A stretch of 57,792 nucleotides of DNA, counting the filler, from Sphacelaria rigidula (Eukaryota), in the NCBI GenBank assembly GCA_964200075.2. It is 9 parts of 9 records of this genome, joined end to end, with 100 filler letters (N's around TTAATTAATTAA, not from the genome) between each part and the next. Parts side by side here need not be neighbours in the genome. Positions count along the whole stretch, not along the records: positions 1 to 6,333 come from CAXNAA020020721.1; positions 6,434 to 12,766 come from CAXNAA020020722.1; 7 more parts are not named here. One strand, 5' to 3'. Below the pieces are notes generated by a model that saw nothing but the letters and a program-made list of their open reading frames with translations, did no database searches and had not been told where the DNA came from. Both the position numbers and the translations under genes were made by a program. Below, one piece after another: positions 1 to 9,515 of this stretch; within the stretch, counting starts at the first letter, position 1; each line of letters starts with the position of its first letter.

Positions 1-185
1 TTTTTTTTTCTTTTCCCCCCCCCCCCCCCTTTTCCCCCCCCCCCCCCCCCCCCCACAGACACAAACAACTCGTACACCTTTGGACTTTTTTTTTGTTCAT
101 GCTTGCCGTAGTTATAAACGATGTGTGTGTATATGTATACGTGTATGTTATTTGTTGTCCTTTTGCTGGATTTCTTCTTGTGCAG

Positions 186-376
186 GATGCACCCTGGCGT
201 ATCAAGGCACCGAACTGCTAGAGCGGGCCACTCTCCGGCTAGGCCAGGGTAGGAGATACGGCATCATCGGGGCTAACGGCGTTGGAAAGACCACCCTTCT
301 TCGTCGCATTGCTGCGGGGGCCGTTCCCGGCTGGCCCTTGCACCTCCGGAGCTACTTGGTGCAGCAGGAGGAAATG
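186..376 (+). CDS. ABC-F family ATPase, internal exon A (Walker A of first nucleotide-binding domain)
   Basis: Acceptor tgcag|, donor |gtatgt. Translates CTLAYQGTELLERATLRLGQGRRYGIIGANGVGKTTLLRRIA...SYLVQQEEM with Walker A GANGVGKT and the ABC-F-type GRRYGxxGxNG context. Confidence 0.9.
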
Positions 377-1540
377 GTATGTATGTGTGGCGGGCTTGTA
401 TGTCTTTCCTGTTTTTGCTGATCTGTTGTATCATTTTGTTCGTTTTTTTGTTCATGTTATTGTCGGGGGGGGTTTGTTTCTGCGTTTAATTTTCTTTTCT
501 TGTACTTTCTGATGAGAACCCCGTGCTTTGCTGTGTGTGTTTTGGGGTTTTAATTGCGTGTGTGTGTGGTTTCAGGGGGGGGGGTTTGTCGTGGTTTGAG
601 AAGGTTGATGCAAAGGTTGTCCTTATTCTTGTTTTTTCCCCAAAGCATTCCCCCCCCACACAGTGTAGTCTGGCGAAAAGCCGGCGTGGTCCACCCCGGC
701 TTTGTAGGCATGCAACGAATGATTTCCGATTTTTTTGTTGCATTCGTTGGTATTTTTTTGGCTGAAAAAAATTCTCTTCTACAACATGGGTGCTTGACCC
801 GTGCAGCCTCGCCCCCCGGCCGAGACAAGGTAGGTCGGTCAAAATATGACCATTTTCCGCTTTTTTTTCCAGTAAAACATAATAGACCCGGGAATCGCGA
901 AAAATCGTGAGAGAAATGTGAAAAACGCACACCACCACTGATTGAATATCTCCGTGACTTTATCCTACGTTCGCGTCATCTAACAATTTTTCGGCATGTA
1001 ATTGCTAGTGCTCGATATGAAAACCTACAAAATCTGTCAACATTGGGGTGTACGTGGACCAAAAAGGGCCAAAATAGGGTATACACCCGACATGATTTTT
1101 CCTGTTAAAAACGATTCTTCATCATTCATATTGTTCTAGTCGACTTCGTCCTCGCGTGATCTCTCCAACGAACCCAACCGTAGGATGATTGTTAGCGTTG
1201 AAATACCCAAATGATTAAACGTCCATAACTGCACAGACTTTTGAGACAGAGGAAGTATATATACATACTGTTTTTTCTATATGAATGTTGCCGTGGCTGC
1301 CGATTGGTCAACAAAAAATCGGGCAACGTTTTACGCTTTTTTTCCCTCTCACGTTGCTTTCTCCCCCCCCCCCCCTTTTTTTTTTTTTTTTATTTTTGTG
1401 TCTGTTGTGTGGCGCCACTNNNNNNNNNNGGCAGACTTTTGGAAAAAAAAAAATTGGTTAATATTTTTTTTTTTTTTTCCTTATCGTGGTGGTTTCCCCC
1501 CCCCCCCCCCCTTTTTTTTTTGACCCGACTTTACAAACAG

Positions 1541-1810
1541 TCCGGCAGTCCCACCAAAAGCGCCTTGAAAATGGTGGTCAACTCCGACGTTCGCCTTACC
1601 GCCCTTCAAAGAGAGGCGGAGATCTTGGAGGCAGAAGCAGAAGAATCAGCAGCGACCAACCCAGAGCCACCGCCCGCATCAACAGGCGGGGGAGCTTCCG
1701 CAGCAGCTGATGTTACCCCGAAGAATCCGCCTCAACCTCCCACTGACGAAGCTTCGATTGAGGACAAGGTGGCGCGTTTGGAGGAGATCTATGAGGAGCT
1801 CAATCTGCTG
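1541..1810 (+). CDS. ABC-F family ATPase, internal exon B (arm/coiled-coil region)
   Basis: Acceptor aaacag|, donor |gtgaga, 270 bp, phase 0-0. SGSPTKSALKMVVNSDVRLTALQREAEILE...KVARLEEIYEELNLL splices in frame with exons A and C. Confidence 0.85.
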
Positions 1811-1865
1811 GTGAGAATGACTTGAACGAGGAGCTCGTAACGACTTCATGTGTGTACGATTATAA

Positions 1866-2225
1866 CCCCGGTGGCTCAGTTGGTAACCTCGTAACCCTCT
1901 GACGGTTGAGTAGTGGGGTTCGATTCCCGGAGTGATCTGGGATCTTTTCTCACACCATGCCCAACAATGGAGAGCGACCATAATGTCGTGGGTACACAAA
2001 AGTCGACTTAACGGTCAACGAGGGAAAGGGGCTGCTGAACCCCTTTCGCGATAAAAAAATAAAGGCAAGCACCGCAGACGGAAGGTGGGGCATTAAAAAG
2101 AAATCAAAAAGAAGAAGCTCCTGTGTTGACCTTCCTCCTGTGTGACCTAGGCTGATGCGCCCACATATACCGAAAGGTGTAGACTGGCACCCAGAATAAA
2201 TGGGACGGCGATATACAACAACACA
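1866..2225 (+). mobile_element. tRNA-derived SINE, family 1 (inside ABC-F intron)
   Basis: Pol III A box TGGCTCAGTTGG, B box GGTTCGATTCC, anticodon-like stem-loop aacc-ctctgac-ggtt. The ~350-bp body aligns with the reverse complement of 54873-55222. Confidence 0.85.
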
Positions 2226-2687
2226 TATATACCACGGCCGAACCCATGGGTGGTGAGTTGAAGTGCGACAATCAATCAATCAATGAAAAAATAGATGTAA
2301 ACAACTCAAGGGTGTTTGTTGGGTAGGGTTCGAACCCGGGTATTTACTCGCCCGAGTTTTTGTGTTGCGGTGGTCCGATGTTCATACTTCACTCAAATAT
2401 TGGGTAAAGTTAGGTACGATCGCGTTCCTCTCTACCCAATATCTGGATATCATATTGGAGCACGATCTCGTTCCTCTCGACCGGGATTTCGGGTGCTTAG
2501 ACTACTTCTCATGTACAAGAAGAAGAAGCGAATTTGCTGAAAAGTGCATGTTTGGGCCTTCTCCGTCGTTTTTCCCCCGAAAAGAGGGCTAGGCTGATAT
2601 TGACACCTTCGAATGACTAGACTGAAAAGCAAGGCATCATTTATGCGAATTATGCAAAACATTGAAGGGCGAAGGTCTAGAACGTCA

Positions 2688-3320
2688 GCCGGTGTATCTT
2701 ACATAACACAGCCTTGGAATTGTCCCCTCGATAAGAATGGCGAATAATTTCTGCTGATAAGGCCGCTCCTTACAATAGACAAGAATATAAATATGAAAAA
2801 GTGCTTTTTTGAAGCTTTTACGTCGTTTCACGCCCCCAAAGAGAGCTAGGCGGAGATTGACACCTTGGAATGACTTGCTCTACTAACTGAGGCGGTTGCA
2901 GGACATGTTCCCGTTTTTTCCGGTGGCCGCATTTTACATTTTGGCCAAACAAGAATTTTCGTCCGAGAACGGTAAAAAACACTCGAATCTACGAAAATTG
3001 CCACTTTTCTCTGGACTTGACTGTTTTTTTACTGTTCTTGGACAAAAATTCTTGTTTGGCCAAAATGAAAACTGCGGCCACCGCAAAACGGAAAGGTGTC
3101 CTGGAACCGTCTCAACTAGGAGGGGAAGTCATTCCAAAGTGTCAAAACTCCGCGAAGCTCTCTTTCGAGGCGTAAAACGACGTGAAGTCTCCAAAAAGGC
3201 ATTTTCCCAGACTTTAATTTTTGTCTGTTACAAGGAGCGGCCTAATGAGATTCTGAACAGTCGCAACCGTCTTCGACGGGGAAAAAAATTATGAAAATTC
3301 TTCTCTCGATATACACGGCC
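2688..3320. repeat. Imperfect foldback palindrome A (centre ~3000)
   Basis: Arm pairs such as ttttggccaaacaagaattt / aaattcttgtttggccaaaa and aggccgctcctt / aaggagcggcct. Confidence 0.85.
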
Positions 3321-3803
3321 TTAGGCCAACTCTTATGGAAGCCGTTCAATTTTTTTGTCGAAAAGTGCGTTTCGGGCCCTTCTCCGTCGATTCACGCTCG
3401 AACAGAGAGGGCTAGGCGGATGTTGACGCCTTGGAATGACTTGCTCTACTCGTTGAGACCGTTCTAGGGCAACTCTGCATTTCCCGCCGGCCGCAATTAT
3501 GTTTTTGACCAAATCAGGCCAAACACGAATTTTCAGTAAAAAACGATCAGGTGGTCAAAATCTCCCGCAGTATTTTGATCGCTTGACCGTTTTTCAATGA
3601 AAATCCGTGTTCGGCCAAAAACAAAAGTGCGGCCAGCGGAGAATGCAGAGTTGCCCTAAAACGGTCTCATCGAGTAGAGTAAGTCATTTCAAGGCGTCAA
3701 CCTACGCCTAGCCCTCTTTCCGGGCGTAAATCGACGGCGAAGGGCCCAAAAGGCAGTTTTCCACAGGTATTTTGAACGCCTCCCACAGAGTTGGCCTTAG
3801 ACC
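3317..3803. repeat. Imperfect foldback palindrome B (centre ~3565), related to A
   Basis: Arm pairs ggccttaggccaactc / gagttggccttagacc and tagggcaactctgcatt / aatgcagagttgcccta. Shares ttgacrccttggaatgacttgctctact with A. Confidence 0.85.
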
Positions 3804-4527
3804 ATATTTTATGGCAACCAATCTCGATTTTCACAAAAATGTGAATTTCAGCCCGTCTACAGGCGAATTTCTCCCGTGGATTGATTTTCGGACCCCAGTC
3901 CGTCGGGCAATGCTTTTGGGCTAGCTGTGAACGCACCAGATCAATTCTCCGATTCTCTAGATGTTGACCATTGATACGTCACCTTTTTCTGCTCAAATGG
4001 GGGCACTCCCGCATCTCCCCCAATTTTTTGCTGGGGTCCGAAAAATCAATCCACGGGAGAACATCGCCTGCAGACGTGCTAAGATCCTCGTATCTGTACA
4101 AATCGAGATTGGTTTGTCATGAGAGATGGTCTTGGTACCACATGAATGCACTGACTGTAGTATTGACATTGTTTTTTTTCTTTCATTTTCCGGTGGTGTT
4201 ACTCGTAAACCAACTATTAATAAAAACCGATAACCGATGTTTTGCTCGGGTGAACGACTATTGTAAACGCGTTTATTCAGTCGTTGCGATGGTCGCGACG
4301 GAGGATTGAGTTGTCTGTGTGTCTGTGTGTCTGTGTGTCTGTGTGTGCAGTATGGTGTATTTGCTTGTGGAAAAGAGGGGGGTTGACCGCTGGACATTCT
4401 GAGTATACCGTTTATGTGAACGGTCTCGTAGGTTTTGCTGTATGTTACCCATTCCCTTTGTGTGCGACTTGGTTTTTTCTTTTCTTCCCGTGGTTGATTC
4501 GGCTGCACTCACCGCCGCCCCGGCCGC

Positions 4528-4635
4528 ACCTCCTCCTCCTCCTCCTCCTTCTCCTCCTCCTCCTCCTCCTTCTCCTCCTCCTCCTCCTCCTTCTCCTCTT
4601 CCTCTTCCTCTTGCTGCTGCTACTGCTACTGCTGC
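4528..4635. repeat. Compound (CCT)n / (CTG,CTA)n microsatellite
   Basis: Directly visible. Confidence 0.95.
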
Positions 4636-5011
4636 AACAGTTTACTGTGATGTACAATTTGTTCGTACAATAAATAGTACATCCGGCACCACTATTCGCG
4701 ATTGGTTGTATGTGTGCTATGCTTCACGTCCTGGATAATGACAGTAGACAACATTGGCAATGAAGTGTAGGCATACTGCATATTATTGCACCAGACAATA
4801 GATTCAATATACCGTACGCGATACTACACTTTTTTGCCACTGTCTTGTTCCATTGTCATTGTTGTTTTACGTTGTGATTGTCCAGGGTGTATCCTATTTT
4901 TGAAGAAAAAATGTTTGAACGATTCCTCGACGCTTTCAACTGACGGCTAATGACTGCTGCTACTATTGCCCACTCTGTTTTCACATTGTTTCTGCGATCA
5001 ATGTTCCAAAG

Positions 5012-5156
5012 GACGCACACGATGCCGAAATACGAGCGACCAGCATCTTGAAGGGGCTAGGCTTTAGCGACGCACGGATCTCGTGCCCCACTTCCGAGCT
5101 CAGCGGAGGATGGATGACTAGGGTGTCGCTGGCCTGCGCAATCTTCTGCCGACCAG
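5012..5156 (+). CDS. ABC-F family ATPase, internal exon C (ABC signature)
   Basis: Acceptor ccaaag|, donor |gtatc. DAHDAEIRATSILKGLGFSDARISCPTSELSGGWMTRVSLACAIFCRP carries the LSGGW signature typical of ABC-F. Confidence 0.9.
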
Positions 5157-5220
5157 GTATCTTATCGAGGGGATCTGAAGCAATGTATGTAAACAATAGT
5201 TGGTATTATAGAGAAGCCGC

Positions 5221-5370
5221 TAACCCTAACCCTAACCCTAACCCTGACCAGGGCATACCGAAAACCCTCGGACAAGGGGGGTGCAAAGTGTTCCTTGAGC
5301 AAAGTGTGCGTTGCCGGGGCTCCAATCGAGGCCTTTGAGCCGATTTTGGACCAAAACACGTTCTGGACGA
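5221..5370 (+). repeat. Interstitial (CCCTAA)n tract joined to an interspersed repeat
   Basis: taaccctaaccctaaccctaaccctga followed by ~120 bp homologous to the reverse complement of ~44262-44412. Confidence 0.75.
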
Positions 5371-5802
5371 GCTGGGTCTACTGCTCGCCACTGCTCACCT
5401 GCCCCAAATCATGAATATTCTCAAAACTCTTCTTCAGTCTGAAATCAAGTAAAATCGAGCACCAACCATTTTTTACCTACATTTTTTTAGGTCTACTGAT
5501 CATATCTCTACCTGAAAAACACTGCTCGAGTAGAATAGTAGCAGTAGGGTTGTGTACTGCATAGGTACCGACATCGTTGTTGTATAGTACGAGCTGGGCC
5601 ACACCTTAGAAGCGACTAAACATTGTCCACACTACAGCTTTCCCAGTTTCCCGAATGAACCCGATGTAAGTATATCACTGTGAACTGCAGAATACCTGGT
5701 AACGCACGGCACCGCCGCTGGATGAAAAAAAAAATGGAGGAAAATGTAGTGCACAAGAAAAAATGAAAAAAAATATAACGACGGACGAAAAAAAAGAGAA
5801 TA

Positions 5803-5870
5803 TGTCGGGATTCGAACTCATGACCTCCATAATCGGAGTCTCCTGTATCACTTGAGTTATTGGGGCGCGA
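5803..5870 (-). mobile_element. Degenerate tRNA-like head (SINE or pseudo-tRNA)
   Basis: Minus strand cgcgccccaataactcaagtga...gagttcgaatcccgac shows a weak A box and a good B box at tRNA spacing. Confidence 0.55.
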
Positions 5871-6333
5871 CTGTGTCACACAAAACGTTGCACGCACGGC
5901 CCAATCCGAAGACTCTTGAGCTAAATTTTCACGAAAACCTTCTGCACCGAAGGGAATGATACATTGCGCGAGCAGCTGCGGATTATCGTTTTTTTCCTGT
6001 ACTTGTGACGTTATCCTGTTTTCGCTCAATTCCAATCCCTATAACTTTTTTTTTCCCTTTTTTCTTCGCTGGAGATGTTCTGCATGTCGATCATAATAAG
6101 CTGCTGTCAAAATAAAAAAAAAAAAAATCGATAATATTTTGATGAAATGAAGTACGTATTCACAAAAGAAATACCTCACCTCACCTCGATTTCGCCTATA
6201 CATATTTCCGTTCCTTGTTTTTTTTTGCCTCACCCGTGTCCCCCACCCTTCCCTGTCCCCTCCCCTCACCCCCCCCCCGCGCGCATAATTTTTTTCAAAA
6301 ACATGGAATTTTTTCTCCTTATCTCAAAAATTC

Positions 6334-6433
6334 NNNNNNNNNNNNNNNNNNNNNNNNNNNNNNNNNNNNNNNNNNNNTTAATTAATTAANNNNNNNNNNN
6401 NNNNNNNNNNNNNNNNNNNNNNNNNNNNNNNNN
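6334..6433. other. Artificial contig linker (N44-TTAATTAATTAA-N44); identical linkers at 12767-12866, 19200-19299, 25633-25732, 32065-32164, 38497-38596, 44929-45028, 51361-51460
   Basis: Eight identical 100-bp spacers with stops in all six frames, separating segments of 6333/6332 bp in descending length order. Confidence 0.98.
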
Positions 6434-7136
6434 GACTCATGATAATCAGAAATGCGTGACGTGTTCAATCGATGCATCCAAATTCGCAGTGCAGGGTTGA
6501 CTATGTGCCCATTACTTACCCCAGTATTCATCATGAAAGGTATAAAGCGGGAACCTTCGGGTTATACTGCACCACGCACAAGCTAAGAAGCTGTATGAAT
6601 TACAAATGATGTACGAATAGTATGATCTATTCGTTGAAATGATGACTCTGAGTTGAATCGATTTTATTTTTCCGTCCTAACCGTGTTGTTGGGTCCGGAC
6701 AAGGAAACCCCGAGTGGGTTCCGTCGAGGTCTGTTTTTACACAGGAGTTGCCAACCGCGGTGAACCACCGTACACCACTGCGCAACTTTGTTCACGATGT
6801 GCAATCTACAATATCCTCGATGTTCCTTTCCTATACTATGGTACCGGCCACATCCCCTCCGCTGTCGGTTAGTCTGAAGCACAGAAAAGTGAAAAGTGCT
6901 CTGTGTTTTACTCCCGGCACGGCGGAGCAATCCGATTTACAGGTGCTTTCAGTACATTATTGCGTGTTTCCTTCATGTTAGGTCCCAACACATCATAGGA
7001 CCACGCCGTCGATGGTTCGTGATTGGAAGAACGCATCGTCCGACCATTACGCAGAGGTACCGCTGGTGCACGGTACTTAACAGCCGCGGCAAACTGCCTC
7101 GCCTCCCTCGTACCTGTCGAGTGTGGTGTTATGTTG

Positions 7137-8426
7137 CACACGTGGACAAATAGCACCGTGTGGGGCACGTCTACAGGGTTCAGGGAAACCGTGCAGTGCT
7201 TCTCGCGGGGATCTGGCTGTAGTTCTTTTTTTTGCGCCCCACAGGACGCTTCACAGGATTCAGGAAAACTGTGCAGGGTTTCTCACGGGAATTTGACTCT
7301 AGAGTATTACTTTGTGCCACACAGAGCGCTTCACAGGGTTTCGTCACTCCGTGTAGAATTCATCGCTGTTAATATGCTGTGCAGCCTTTATAGCACGCAT
7401 GCAATATACTTCATACAGCATGGGCATGGTACTGGCAGAAAAAAACGTTCGAGAAGTCGAAGAGGCGAGAGTCGAACTTTCGACAGCGTGGTTTGGAGTG
7501 CGTCAGGTCACCTATTGAACGACCTGACTTGTTACTTGCAACAGGTGTATTTTGGGATTCTAATAACTATCAAACAAACACATTTCTAAACAAAAGCATA
7601 CTCGGTTGAGTGATTTTGGTAGACTGCGGAACACGGGGTTTTCAAATCAATGTGAAGTCATATGCGAGGTATATACCGTCATCCCAATATCCACGTCTTG
7701 AGCGGAAGCGTCGTATCTAAACTCGTAGGCGTGTGGACATACACTCGCTCGAAATCAGTGTGTCAGATCACCATTCAGCAAAAGCTGTTGAGAATTATTC
7801 ATCCTTTAGCCCATGTGCATGGACCGGGGGGCAAAAGGATGAATTATTCTGAACAATTTTTTCTGCCCGTCGGATCCCACATGCTGATAGCGGGGCAGCA
7901 TGCGGGATATGCCCAGCTGACGCTGTTCGCAAAAAAGATCTCTTTTCACCCAATTTCCGGATGAATTGGAAGGCAAAGTGAACATTTATTTCGAGCTTCT
8001 TCTGCTGTTCAAATTCCAAATCTGCTAGTGTGCATGGGATTTGCGCAGCAGAAGAAGCTGTTCGGAATAGATCCTTTCTTTGCACAAATAAATAGGGCAA
8101 AAGAAGAATCTGTTTTGAGTAGCTTCTCCTGCTGTCCGAGATAAATTCCTTTTTGCCCAATTCAAATCGGGCAAAAAGGAATTTATCTCGGACAGCAGGC
8201 GAAGCTATTCCAAAACAATAAATTTACAGATATTGTACCAGAATAATTTGGAATTTTCCAAATTGGGAAGGCCTCTCCACAGGGTTGCTTGCAGGTTTTC
8301 GACAAAAATGCTATGCAAAATGCTTTTACAGGTACTAGGGTTTGTAAATGCTACACAGGGGTTTTCACAAAGACTGTGGAGAACCCTGTGCAGCTCGTCC
8401 TACAGGGTGCTATTTGTCCACGTGTG
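7137..8426. mobile_element. Non-autonomous CMC/EnSpm-like DNA transposon
   Basis: 25-bp TIR CACACGTGGACAAATAGCACC(G/C)TGT, apparent 2-bp TSD TG, multiple subterminal ACAGGG(T) motifs at both ends. Confidence 0.75.
8111..8217. repeat. Near-perfect ~48-bp-stem hairpin inside the EnSpm-like element
   Basis: cctgctgtccgagataaattcctttttgccc / gggcaaaaaggaatttatctcggacagcagg. Confidence 0.9.
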
Positions 8427-9194
8427 TGACTCGTCATGATGCGCAAGTAGTCATGCTGTCTAAACCATTGGTCCGCTGAGTCGAAGGTGGATAACACATA
8501 CGCAGCGCATTACCCATGGGAGAAAAATACGCGTTATACAGGCACCATGAACCTGAAGTGGCAGAATTCAACTCTTTGCTGAGTGTTGGTCCCACATTCA
8601 CCCGAGGGTGGATAACATATAGCATAGTGTACAGTGCAGGCATCTTGCGCGCATTACAGGTCGGAGAAAAGTGTGTGTGGTTCAGGGCCCATGACTTCAG
8701 ATTAATTCACCTGTATGACTTATGTAGGTCCCGCATTAATCCGAAGGTGGGAAACACATTCGGGCGCTCACATCGAACTTGTCACACATAGCGTACATGT
8801 GCAAGTCATTCACGCCTTGATTCATTAAGAAGGGTTGGCTGTGTGAATTACAAGTTATGTACAAACCCTATTATTTTTTCGTCCAAATGATGACTCTGAG
8901 TTGACTCACGAGTTGATTTGCCCTAACCGTGCTTATAATATATCATATGTAATATAAATGCTCCTCATACTATGTATGTACATGTATCATTTCGCATTTT
9001 TCACCACTTTTGCCGAGTGTTCTCTGGCTGCAAGGCATCTTAGCCCGCGCTTTTTTTTGCAGTGCACAAAGGAGGGTCAGCGGTACAATACAGTTCAGGT
9101 TTGGGTGTCGTCTGATACCTGTGGCGCGTGTTCTTGCCATAGAAAGTCGCCCATACTGGCTCTAGTTTGCGGGGTGTCGATCCCGAACCACAAA

Positions 9195-9400
9195 AGCCTT
9201 TCCAAGATCGTCGAAATCTTCAAACGAGAGCTACAAAAGCCCGCTCATGGCGGGGTATTTTTTCATCGTGATTTCTTTGCGTTCTCAATGATTTGGGAAC
9301 ACGAAGACTGTGGTTGTACAGCGAATGTCACGAGAACATGAGAGCAAAGCCGTTGGAAACAGCTGGACATTGCCTTGATGTAGTCAGCAGCAAACACAAG
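9195..9400 (+). repeat. Interspersed repeat shared with ~51461-51710
   Basis: Collinear blocks ggcggggtattttt, cacgagaacatga, acattgcctt, tagtcagcagc in both contigs. Confidence 0.7.
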
Positions 9401-9515
9401 TCGAATGATCTGAGATCCCGTATCATTTAGTTATGACATGAAGCCTCCAACACGGTCATATCTGCGTAATATGTGCCCTAATTGTGCGAACGTAACAATC
9501 CACAAAAAACGCATC

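Noticed and set aside
1290..1530. Apparent duplication around the 10-N gap at 1420-1429, and homopolymer-rich contig ends (1-55, ~6230-6333, ~38415-38496, ~51268-51360)
   Set aside because: Looks like low-quality read tails after poly-C/G runs; the two sides of the gap are degraded versions of the same sequence.
1866..1945. Functional tRNA gene
   Set aside because: No convincing acceptor stem or poly-T terminator, and the head continues into a ~280-bp body shared with another copy, which fits a SINE.
4284..4738. Poly-Leu/Pro/Arg ORFs, and poly-Val/Asn ORFs at 39544-40110
   Set aside because: Translations of trinucleotide microsatellites.
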